Assembly (NCBI GenBank): GCA_041640595.1
Contig: JBEPZY010000002.1
Location: 340,651-404,650, forward strand
Origin: Gemmatales bacterium
GTDB taxonomy: Bacteria > Planctomycetota > Planctomycetia > Gemmatales > HRBIN36
DNA: 64,000 nucleotides
Direction: 5' to 3'
A program made the translations under genes and the position numbers. Numbering within the stretch: position 1 is the first letter of the stretch; each line of letters opens with the position of its first letter. The notes beneath the pieces are model-generated. The model made no database searches. It saw only the letters and a list, made by a program, of their open reading frames with translations, and was not told where the DNA came from. Below, in pieces: positions 17,701 to 25,841 of this stretch.

Positions 17701-19813
17701 GGAACGTCAGCGTGTCCCCGCCGCTTCCGGAGAAGTAATCGGCAAAGCGAACCGTGCTGCCGATTTGCACCCGCAGTCTCGGTGTGCCCCCGCTGGTATC
17801 CACCAGAACCGGCTTGCTGAAGCGAAACCGGAAATCGAGGTTCTGTCCGGTCAGGTAAATGCCGCTGGCCGGCAGCAACACCTGCACTACCGTCGGAACT
17901 ACCGCATCCACCAGTATGCCGGAGGTGTTGGGCGGAGTGAACGTGAGTGTCGGCGTGTTGCCGAAGCCATCAACGATGCTGCCTCCGTTCAGATCGAGCG
18001 GCGAAACCAGGGTGATGCCGTTGTTGTCGAAATCGTTCGCCTGCACCGTGTAGCGGAACACGAGCCGATCCGTACCGCTCCCGGATACGTAGTCGGCGTA
18101 GCGCGTTCCCGAAGTCAGGTTGATTGCCAGGCGAGGGGTGCCGCCGCTGGTGTCCACGCTAACCGTGCGGCTGAATTGCACGGTGAAATCGAGAGTCTGC
18201 CCCAGCCGGTACGTGCCGTTCGGCGGAGCAATGATGTTGACGATGGTGGTGGGCTGAACATTGTCGGTGTTGACCCACAGCTCGGCCCCGCTGGTACCGT
18301 CGTTGGCCTGGAAGAACAAAAGTCCGCCCGCCTCGGCTAACCACTGCGGGTTGGAGCTATTGGCACCCGTTCGGATGTCCCTCACCAGGACGGTCCCTGC
18401 GTCCGTGCCGTTGCTCTTCCAGAGTTCCCGGCCGTTGGTGCCATCATCGGCGGCGAAGAAGAGCGTGCCGCGCACATTGGTCAGCGACGGCGGACTGGCA
18501 TTGCTGAAGGCCCAGTTCGCGCCCGGATTGATGTCTTTGACCCGCACCGTGCCCCCAGCAGTGCCATCCGATTTCCACAGCTCAAAACCGTACAGCCCAT
18601 CATCGGCCAGAAAATAAAGCGTGCCGTTGACGTTGGTGAAACTGGGCAGCGGGGCGTTGAGCGTACCGAAAGCGTGACCGGCCCCCTGATTGATGTCCTT
18701 GACCAGAACCGTCCCCGTGGATGTGCCATCACTGATCCAGAGTTCCCGCCCGTTCGTCCCGTCATTGGCAATGAAAAACAGACGCCCACCTACGTTGGTC
18801 AGGCTATAAGGGTAGGAGTGAGATATAACGCCGCCCGGGCGAATATCCTTGACCAGCACAGTTCCGGTAGAAGTGCCGTCGCTTTTCCAGAGTTCATGAC
18901 CTCGCGTTCCGTCATTGGCGGCGAAAAAGAGTGTACCATTCACGTTGGCGAGATGGCGGGGGTAAGAGCCCAAGTTAATGCCGCCAGACGCGGGCCTAAT
19001 GTCACGAACCCACACGGTGCCGCCTGGCGTACCGTCGCTTTTCCAGAGTTCGTAGCCCACATTCCCATCGTAAGCGCTGAAAAACAGGGTGCCGCTGACG
19101 TTCGTCAAAGATCGCGGATTGGATGAGAATCCACCCGAGGCGATGTTCCTCACCAAGCGAGTGCCCGTAGAGGTGCCGTCACTTTTCCAGAGTTCAAAGC
19201 CGGTCGTGCCATCATTGGCCACAAAAAAGAGCGTCCCGGCAACATTAGTAAGCGCGGGACCAACGGGGCCACCGTATACAGTAAAGGAACGAAACGCTGA
19301 GCCACCCGGATTGATGTCTTTGACAAGCACCGTACCGCTGGAAGTGCCGTCGCTTTTCCAGAGTTCGTAGCCGTTAGTTCCATCGTTGGCCACAAAAAAC
19401 AGTGTGCCATTTACATTAGTAAGCGAAGGGTTTACAGGGAAAAAAGAAGCATAGAAGCCGGAGGAGGTACCTGGCCGGATATCCTTTACGAGCACCGTGC
19501 CGCCTGGCGTACCGTCGCTTTTCCAGAGTTCGTAGCCGGTACTGCCGTCGTTGGCGATAAAGAAGATAACGCCGTTGACGTTGACCATCTGTTGGGGAGA
19601 AGAGCCGGATGCTCCGGGGCGGATATCTTTGAGCAGGAACGTAGCCGGGGCGGTGCGGTCTTCGAGGGGTTCGAGGCGGAGAAGCGCGGCTCGACGGAAA
19701 TGCCCAGACCGACGGGAGCGGTGTCGGTTGGCGTCTCTCCGCGAAGTCGGAACTGCCGGCTCCTGCACCAGTCCCAGCAGCGATGCCCAGATGCGCACCA
19801 ACCACGAACGCAT
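14726..19813 (-). CDS. giant exported protein: ELWxxDGT-repeat propeller plus ten ~118-aa beta-rich (Ig-like) repeats
   Basis: LEPLEDRTAPA export-associated motif; 8 full ELW(K/I)S(D/N)GT repeats plus a partial one; 10 repeats of GxYxxGQxLxFxxxFS...YxSGSGTDTLxFRYTVQ; GGAGG RBS before ATG 19813. Confidence 0.92.
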   Translation of the reverse strand: MRSWLVRIWASLLGLVQEPAVPTSRRDANRHRSRRSGHFRRAALLRLEPLEDRTAPATFLLKDIRPGASGSSPQQMVNVNGVIFFIANDGSTGYELWKSDGTPGGTVLVKDIRPGTSSGFYASFFPVNPSLTNVNGTLFFVANDGTNGYELWKSDGTSSGTVLVKDINPGGSAFRSFTVYGGPVGPALTNVAGTLFFVANDGTTGFELWKSDGTSTGTRLVRNIASGGFSSNPRSLTNVSGTLFFSAYDGNVGYELWKSDGTPGGTVWVRDIRPASGGINLGSYPRHLANVNGTLFFAANDGTRGHELWKSDGTSTGTVLVKDIRPGGVISHSYPYSLTNVGGRLFFIANDGTNGRELWISDGTSTGTVLVKDINQGAGHAFGTLNAPLPSFTNVNGTLYFLADDGLYGFELWKSDGTAGGTVRVKDINPGANWAFSNASPPSLTNVRGTLFFAADDGTNGRELWKSNGTDAGTVLVRDIRTGANSSNPQWLAEAGGLLFFQANDGTSGAELWVNTDNVQPTTIVNIIAPPNGTYRLGQTLDFTVQFSRTVSVDTSGGTPRLAINLTSGTRYADYVSGSGTDRLVFRYTVQANDFDNNGITLVSPLDLNGGSIVDGFGNTPTLTFTPPNTSGILVDAVVPTVVQVLLPASGIYLTGQNLDFRFRFSKPVLVDTSGGTPRLRVQIGSTVRFADYFSGSGGDTLTFRYTVQASDFDDDGIELIQPLELNGGTMQDPAGNAALLGFTPPDASGILVNVLGPTIVSVTPPAPNIYMTGQDLDFLVRFSAPVVVNTSGGRPRLALTIGAQVRYADYVSGSNTDTLTFRYTVQASDFDNDGITVANRLERNGGTIRDTSGHDAGLRFVPPDTRDVLVNVVGPVIVSVTPPANGTYLAGQNLDFQVRFDRSVIVDTTGGSPSLQLIIGATVRQAGFVSTLGSDTLLFRYTVQPGEFDDDGIQLISPVLLNGSTIKDSSNNPALLRFTPPDTSGIRIGQPAPSVQSVTVPAPGWYRIGQVLTFDFNFGQTVFVNTSAGTPQVQLVIGSTTRLASYVSGSGTNVLRFRYVIQAGESDDDGIAMLSPILLNGGTIRNVFGSNASVFFTPPGTSGVLVDGVAPQIVAVSGPTNGIYLAGQNLDFTVRFSEPVFVSSSGTLPRLALVIGSTTRFASYQSGSGSDTLRFRYTVQPGDRDADGITLASGLDLNGAAIRDRAQNDAGVSFTPPDTSGVRIGLTTPTIVSLQIPPAGVYQAGDVLEFRLRFSEPVTVSGTPQLHLVIGSTDRFADYVSGSGSDTLIFRYTVIPGELDTDGITLVAPLELNGGTIRDLDDGLDASLSFTPPDTSAIRVDATGPVIDDVLPPADGLYRRGQNLDFRLLFSEPVFVTGSPRIALNIGGRNVFAVYVSGSSTDTLVFRYRVQSGDLDLDGVSMAETIDLNGGAIRNGSGSNASLSFAVPDTSQVRVDGVAPGIIGVLGPRPGTYRIGQILTVNVQFSEPVVVGTTASARPYIRLQIGRFLRNATYASGSGTNTLQFRYQVQPGDLDSDGIEIVSPILRPPGTFIRDRAGNDADTAFSPPDGSGVRVDGVAPTIVSVTPPATGRYITGQALEITIRFSEPVQLTGSGRPYVLLRIGSNLRQAELSAQVNGTTLRFRYVIRIPDRDFDGIEILSPVILPSGVTLTDAAGNAAILNFVPPSTRGVLVN

Positions 19814-20124
19814 GCGTCCACCTCCCGTTCCGGTTGCTTTCCCGCTGTGGAATACCGCCGGACACGCGGCACACTCTGTGCGCTGATTGTACCACAGCGC
19901 AGGGGCCGATTCAAGCAAAAGCAGTTCCTTTTCACTTTTCGCTAACCGGCAACGCCCCGTCCGAAAAGCACGCCTCACCCTTTCCGCAAACCAGACCGTT
20001 AGCGCTTGGCCCAGCCATCCCTCCGCTGTCCGCCCGCTGCGAGAGCATTAACCCGAACAGTGCGTCCCCGGCCATCGGTGGGGAAACATGAGCGGGGCAG
20101 CCCCCAGCGTAACCGATCCGGTTA

Positions 20125-22224
20125 TTACGCCGGACTGGCGGGCGGGTTGGCTTCGATGGGTACGGGGTCTTTTTCCAGGGCCAGTTCCAGCGCTTCGAAG
20201 ACCGTTCGCACAGGTATGATTTCCGCCTGGGCAAGAACGGTCTCCGGCAGGCGCGGCACTTCGTCGGCGTTTTCGGCGGGGATGAGAATGCGTCGCCGAC
20301 CCGCCTGTACGGCAGCGTGGACCTTATACGAGAGTCCGCCCACCTGGAGCACCTCGCCATGCAGACTCACCTCGCCGGTGACAGCCAGGGCAGGTTTCAC
20401 CGGTCGGCGGGTCAACGCCGAGACGATGCCCAGCACAAACGCCAGCCCGGCGGAAGGGCCTTCACGCGGTTCGGCAATCCGCACCAGATGGACAATCACC
20501 TTGGCCTGCCGGAATCGGCCCGGTTCCACGCCCAGGCGAGACAGGTTCGCCTCGACAATGTGATAGGCAGTTCGCACCGAATCCCGCAGGACATCACCAT
20601 GCAGTCCAGTGATCTCCAGCCCAGGCGAGCTGGCCGGGTTCGCTGATACCTCGACAATCATCAAGCCACCGCCCCGAGGCTTTCCACCGTTGTCGAGCAA
20701 AACCGCCAGCCCGGTGATCGCCCCAACCACGGCCTGATCATTGAGCCGGTCTTCCGGGCGAATGGCGTCGCTGTCGCGTTGCAGGTCACCTGCCCGGTGA
20801 TCTTCCATACCAGGGTAGCCGATCCGACGCGGGTGAAATTCACCCGGTGCAAGCACGCAGAGCTGGTCATGGACCCGTTGCCGAAGCTCACAGGCCAGTT
20901 GCACGACCTCCCGCAATTCCGCATCCGTCATTCGCCCATCGGGATACAGTATCTTGATTAGACCGTTCGCTAAGCGTTCGACAGCTACACGATCCCGCTG
21001 GGTCATGTCGGCATAGAAACTTAGTTGCCGAATGAGCGGGCGGAAATCCTCCCGCCGCAATTGCACTAATATTTCTCCGAAATAGTCGGTGACAAAACCC
21101 ACGCCGGTGGCAAACGATTGCGGTGTCAGCTTGGGAATCTCCCAGCCGGGTAGATAACCATGAATGCGATCGATCAGCGCGGCATCTATAAGTTCATCGG
21201 GCAGGACTGCCAGCAGATGGCGATAGTTATCCGCCGGCCGGTTATTTTGCACCTCTATATTGCCGCACATGACGATGCTGGCATCGGAAGCAAACGAGAG
21301 ATTGCCGCGACTGAAGTTACCGCTCTCCATATAGTCTTTCAAGATGGATAAAGTGGCCTCCTGGTCGTCGAAGGTGGTGCTGGCGATTTCGTCGAAGACG
21401 ATTACCTTATAGGTGCCGATGATCCCGACGGTTCGCCGGGCCAGGTTGTAAAAAAGATTAGCCGGGCTGGTGCGTCCACCGGATACGGTAAAGACCCGCG
21501 GCGAAAGATTCCGCAACAGGAAAGTCTTCCCCGTCTGGCGAGGCCCCAGCTCGATGAGATTGACGTTCGGCTCGACCAGGGGAATCAAGCGACATAGCAG
21601 TAGCAGCCGCGTTCGCCGATCCGGAAACGCCGCCGGATGATAACCACAACTGCTGAGCATTAACTCGATCCATTCGTCGGTACTAAATTCCTTGCGACCC
21701 TCTAAATAAGGCCGGCAGTCATGGACGTGCACCTGAAAGGGAGTGAAATTGATAAGATGATTAGGAGCCTCGCTGTTCACGTCAGGGCGATAAACAATCT
21801 CCGCCGTACCCCACAGGCCTCCTAACAGCAGACCGGGATTCGCATCTAATAAAGTTTCCGGCACGTTGACGCGGTTGTCGCCAAGCGCCTTGACGGTAGC
21901 CCAGCGCTGACCGGTTTTCAAATCTACCCGCACCTCGACAGAATCAATCAGCACCAGTTGACCACGCCGCAACAATTCGTGTTTCAGCCATTCGCGTTTG
22001 TCCACTTCGGGAAGGTGGTCGCGCAATTTATTGCGGATGCGCTCTAAGTCATCGAGCCACGATTCCGGCTGGACATATTTAGCGATAAGATACTCCGAAA
22101 CATAGCGGGGCAGGCGCTGAAATTGAATTTGCTGAGCCAGCAATTTGAGAACGACGCGCTCCCCATAGACCTTGCGAGCCTTTTGATCGAGAGCCGAGAG
22201 CGGATGGTCTTCGTATAGTCCCAT
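20125..22224 (-). CDS. brxL: BrxL-like AAA+ ATPase with C-terminal Lon protease domain
   Basis: LPRYVSEYLI, FTPFQ, FSTDEWI, LIELGPRQTGKT (Walker A), VIVFDE (Walker B), LKDYMESGNFSRG, DRIHGYLPGWEIPK; Lon motifs GPSAG, TGEVSLHG, GGLSYK, IPAEN. Confidence 0.88.
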   Translation of the reverse strand: MGLYEDHPLSALDQKARKVYGERVVLKLLAQQIQFQRLPRYVSEYLIAKYVQPESWLDDLERIRNKLRDHLPEVDKREWLKHELLRRGQLVLIDSVEVRVDLKTGQRWATVKALGDNRVNVPETLLDANPGLLLGGLWGTAEIVYRPDVNSEAPNHLINFTPFQVHVHDCRPYLEGRKEFSTDEWIELMLSSCGYHPAAFPDRRTRLLLLCRLIPLVEPNVNLIELGPRQTGKTFLLRNLSPRVFTVSGGRTSPANLFYNLARRTVGIIGTYKVIVFDEIASTTFDDQEATLSILKDYMESGNFSRGNLSFASDASIVMCGNIEVQNNRPADNYRHLLAVLPDELIDAALIDRIHGYLPGWEIPKLTPQSFATGVGFVTDYFGEILVQLRREDFRPLIRQLSFYADMTQRDRVAVERLANGLIKILYPDGRMTDAELREVVQLACELRQRVHDQLCVLAPGEFHPRRIGYPGMEDHRAGDLQRDSDAIRPEDRLNDQAVVGAITGLAVLLDNGGKPRGGGLMIVEVSANPASSPGLEITGLHGDVLRDSVRTAYHIVEANLSRLGVEPGRFRQAKVIVHLVRIAEPREGPSAGLAFVLGIVSALTRRPVKPALAVTGEVSLHGEVLQVGGLSYKVHAAVQAGRRRILIPAENADEVPRLPETVLAQAEIIPVRTVFEALELALEKDPVPIEANPPASPA

Positions 22225-22285
22225 AGCTGAGCCTCGAGGATGCTGCGTTAAGATGGTGCTAAGTATCGCCGCCAGACCCAGGGCA

Positions 22286-24070
22286 CTAAATTCCGAAAAT
22301 GGCATCGAGAGTCGGATTGTCGCGGCTGTACTCGGTTTGGGTGGTTTCCTGTTCCTCTAAATATCGTTGGGGGTCAGCGATACCGCATTGTTGCAGGAGC
22401 AGGCAAGCGGCTTCGTGAAGTTGCCGGCGTTTTTGTTCGGCCAGGGCGACGAATTCCGGCCCCTTGATTTCCTCCTGTTTGGGATTATAGAGGGGCAAAA
22501 GCTCGCGGTATCTCTGGCGGATATAAGTTGCGCTCAGGGGATTGTGCGCCGATAACCCTAATAGCTGACACGCCTGCTCCCGGCTAAGCACGGCAGAAGG
22601 CGGTGCCTGTGCCGGAGCTTCTAACGGTGATTCGCTGGGTGTAGCGGGCGGAAACGTTAATACCGGGCCGTTACGCTTTTCGTCGAGCGGCTGCTCGCGG
22701 TGAACTTGCTGCGGAGGCGAGGACGTCTGGCTTTCGTTCGGGGCTTCGAGCGGTAATGCCAGTATCTCGGCGAGCTGTTTCAGAGTTTGCCATTTGCGGC
22801 CATTTTTGCTGTTACCCGCACTGGCCAGTGCCTGGAGTTCCGGCCAGATTTCCTGCCAGCGTTTGTCCTGGCGGCATTGCTGCAGCTTGGCGAGGATCGC
22901 TGCGGTATCCATGGGAGCCTGTTCGTAATAACTGCACAAGGAACGCACGCGACCAGATAAAACCGGGTCGCGGCTATAGCGGCGCAGGCAGTAGTCGGCG
23001 ATCCAGGCACGTTCTTGCTGAGCCAGCCGGCCATCGGAACGGGCTAACATATACAGCAGGCTGATCTCCAGGTCGAGCGGATCTATTGCAGGGGGAGCAG
23101 GCGGGGACAGCGGCCGGATGAGGGTAACTCCGGGAGCGAGCCGATGTGGCGTCGGTGCTGGTGCACTTTCGGGCTGAGGAACCGGACCGGCCTTCGGTGG
23201 AACCACTGCTGCTGGCGTGGGCGAGTTCTTATAGCTGTCTGCTGCAGGGGATTGGGGCAGCGTCGCAGCAGGAGAGGTGGCCGTCGGAATCGGAGGCCGG
23301 GAAGGGGTCGCCCAGGCCGACTGTTCCAGGCGAGCGAGTTCGCTTTCAATATCTGACAGCGGAGAGGTCGCAGCAGCAACCGGGAAACCTGGAGCACGCT
23401 GCAATAACAGTCGCCGCCAGAATGCGACCGCACCGGTTACCTGGCGATACTGCTCGTACAAGCGTTCCAGTTCGCGGTGGAGTTCGTCCAGACGACGCAG
23501 CGATTCGCGGGTCAGGTGCATGTCCTGCTGGTAGCGTGTCTGCAGGTTCGTCCATTCCTCGTAGAGTGGCGCGGACACATTCTGCAAGTGTTTCGGTTCC
23601 TGCTGGCACGTCTGCACAAATTCGCCACAGATTTTCAGCACGGCATGTCGCACCAGATCAGCCCGCGAACGCAACTCCGCCGGCAAACGGTCAAGCCTCC
23701 GGCGAACCTTCTGAAGATTGTCCAGGCCGACCTGACGCAGAGTTTCGACCGTCTTCGGGCCAATGCCGGGGAACCGCTCCAGTTCCTTGACCGACATGCG
23801 TGCCAGGTGCTGGTCGAGAGCTTCCTGGAGCAGACGGTGCTGTTGTTGACGCCAGGAGTCGTGGAGCTGGGCCAGCTGATGGTCGGCGGCATCTTTCAGA
23901 TGTTTGATTTGCCGTTTGGCGCGGCGAACACGACGACGCCAGCGGGCTTCCGGCGAAAAGCTGTAAATGGCATACAGCAGGCCAGCTATGCAAACAGCTA
24001 CCAGGAGCAGCAAAATCAGCACAACCATGACGCATATCCCCACGGTGTCTGTAAGCCGCCAACTCCTCAC
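22286..24070 (-). CDS. membrane-anchored protein: TM - coiled coil - HhH - Pro-rich linker - TerB-like - J-domain-like (DjlA-like C-terminus)
   Basis: N-terminal hydrophobic helix; ELERFPGIGPKTVETL (HhH); LYMLARSDGRLAQQERAWI (TerB-like); EQACQLLGL...IRQRYRELLPLYNPK...RQLHEA (J-like); alternative start ATG 24028. Confidence 0.72.
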   Translation of the reverse strand: MRSWRLTDTVGICVMVVLILLLLVAVCIAGLLYAIYSFSPEARWRRRVRRAKRQIKHLKDAADHQLAQLHDSWRQQQHRLLQEALDQHLARMSVKELERFPGIGPKTVETLRQVGLDNLQKVRRRLDRLPAELRSRADLVRHAVLKICGEFVQTCQQEPKHLQNVSAPLYEEWTNLQTRYQQDMHLTRESLRRLDELHRELERLYEQYRQVTGAVAFWRRLLLQRAPGFPVAAATSPLSDIESELARLEQSAWATPSRPPIPTATSPAATLPQSPAADSYKNSPTPAAVVPPKAGPVPQPESAPAPTPHRLAPGVTLIRPLSPPAPPAIDPLDLEISLLYMLARSDGRLAQQERAWIADYCLRRYSRDPVLSGRVRSLCSYYEQAPMDTAAILAKLQQCRQDKRWQEIWPELQALASAGNSKNGRKWQTLKQLAEILALPLEAPNESQTSSPPQQVHREQPLDEKRNGPVLTFPPATPSESPLEAPAQAPPSAVLSREQACQLLGLSAHNPLSATYIRQRYRELLPLYNPKQEEIKGPEFVALAEQKRRQLHEAACLLLQQCGIADPQRYLEEQETTQTEYSRDNPTLDAIFGI

Positions 24071-24255
24071 TCATTTTCCGACGCCCCGGCGAGGGTGTCA
24101 AGTTGCAAGTCGGCGACCCTTTTGCGGTTGACATTATCGCTACGGTTCCGCAAGATAAAACGCCAAGCCCGAATCATACCGCTGAGTCTTGAATCGCCCC
24201 AGCCAACGAAGCTGACGAGCTGGCCCAGAGTGGCGGAAAACTTCGGGAGCTGATC

Positions 24256-25839
24256 ATGTGGCGACGTCTGGCGGCACGGCTATTCGCGACGAAATCCCTC
24301 GACGAACTGATGGCGGAAATCCACGGCGAGCAGCGATTGCGTCGCGTGCTCGGAGCTGCCAGCCTGGTTGCTCTGGGTATCGGTGCGATTATCGGAGCCG
24401 GCATTTCGGTACTCACCGGGCAAGCAGCCGCCCAATACGCTGGGCCAGCGATCGTTTTATCCTTCCTGCTGGCCGGTCTGGGCTGCGCTTTTGCTGGTCT
24501 TTGTTACGCGGAAATGGCTTCCATGATCCCGATTGCCGGCAGCGCCTACACCTATTCGTATGCGACCATGGGTGAACTTCTGGCCTGGATTATCGGATGG
24601 GACTTGATTCTCGAATATTCGTTCGGGGCCGCCACAGTCGCCGTGGGCTGGTCGGGTTACCTGGTCAGCTTCCTAAAAGATTTCGGCATCACCATTCCTC
24701 CCGAACTCACTGCCGCAGCCGGCAAACGACTCATCGAAGTCCCCGGTGAAGGATGGCGCGAACTGAGCGATAAACTTCTCGAAAGTTTGCAAGCCCAGGG
24801 CGTACCCGTGGACACTCTACCGCAAACCGTAAGCTGGTTCAATCTCCCTGCCGTTCTTATCGTGCTGGTGGTTACCGCGATCCTGGTGATCGGCATCAGA
24901 GAATCCAGCACGGTCAACAATCTTATCGTGTTTCTCAAGGTAGGCATCCTGCTTATCTTTTGCCTGGCGGGCGTTGGTTACTTACTGCACAACCCGCAGG
25001 TCTGGGCCGAGAACTGGAAAGAGTTTATCCCAGCCAACACGGGTAAATTCGGCGAATATGGCTGGAGCGGTGTTCTTCGCGGTGCTGGCGTGATTTTCTT
25101 TGCTTATATAGGTTTTGATAGCGTTTCGACGGCGGCCCAGGAAGCACGCAATCCCCAACGCGATATGCCCATCGGTATCCTCGGCAGCCTCTTGATTTGC
25201 ACCTTGATTTATATTAGTGTCGCCATCGTGCTTACAGCTATCGTGCACTATTCTAAACTCAACGTTGCCGACCCGCTGGCGGTTGGCGTGGATGCCATGG
25301 GTGTCACCTGGTTAGCTCCCTGGGTAAAAATCGGTATCCTGGCCGGACTCACGTCAGTTATCCTGGTAATGCTCTTAGGTCAGCCACGCATATTCTGGAC
25401 GATGGCGCAGGATGGTTTACTCCCGGCCTGGTTTGCTAAGGTGCATCCGACTTTCAAGACCCCCTATATTACCACGATCCTGACCGGTAGCGGTGTGGCT
25501 GTTATGGCCGGACTGTTACCTATCGGAATATTAGGGGAACTGGTCAGCATCGGAACGCTGCTGGCGTTCTGCTTAGTGTGTGCGGGAGTACTGGTCCTAC
25601 GTTATGTGCGACCGGAAGTGCCGAGGCCATTCCGCGCTCCAGGCATGCCCTGGACAGCTTTATTAGGTATCCTGGTTTGCGGGGCGCAGATGGTCGCTTT
25701 GCCTGGTGATACCTGGTTACGTCTGGTGATATGGATGGCGCTGGGCCTATTGGTCTATTTCATGTACAGCCTCCGCCACAGCCACGTCGGCAAACGATTC
25801 CGCGACGTTACGTTGCCTGCGAACAATCTCAATCATTAA
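24256..25839 (+). CDS. APC family amino acid permease
   Basis: LGIGAIIGAGI, AGPAIVLSF, GSAYTYSY, FFAYIGFD, EARNPQRDMP; multiple TM helices. Confidence 0.96.
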   Translation: MWRRLAARLFATKSLDELMAEIHGEQRLRRVLGAASLVALGIGAIIGAGISVLTGQAAAQYAGPAIVLSFLLAGLGCAFAGLCYAEMASMIPIAGSAYTYSYATMGELLAWIIGWDLILEYSFGAATVAVGWSGYLVSFLKDFGITIPPELTAAAGKRLIEVPGEGWRELSDKLLESLQAQGVPVDTLPQTVSWFNLPAVLIVLVVTAILVIGIRESSTVNNLIVFLKVGILLIFCLAGVGYLLHNPQVWAENWKEFIPANTGKFGEYGWSGVLRGAGVIFFAYIGFDSVSTAAQEARNPQRDMPIGILGSLLICTLIYISVAIVLTAIVHYSKLNVADPLAVGVDAMGVTWLAPWVKIGILAGLTSVILVMLLGQPRIFWTMAQDGLLPAWFAKVHPTFKTPYITTILTGSGVAVMAGLLPIGILGELVSIGTLLAFCLVCAGVLVLRYVRPEVPRPFRAPGMPWTALLGILVCGAQMVALPGDTWLRLVIWMALGLLVYFMYSLRHSHVGKRFRDVTLPANNLNH

Positions 25840-25841
25840 TG

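Noticed and set aside
14639..18340. Long plus-strand ORFs 14639..15706 and 16709..18340
   Set aside because: Antisense shadows of the GC-rich repetitive ELWxxDGT gene.
20125..22305. Calling a complete BREX system, or an ordinary Lon protease
   Set aside because: No pglX, pglZ or brxC in the window; the N-terminal and ATPase motifs are BrxL-type rather than LonA/LonB.
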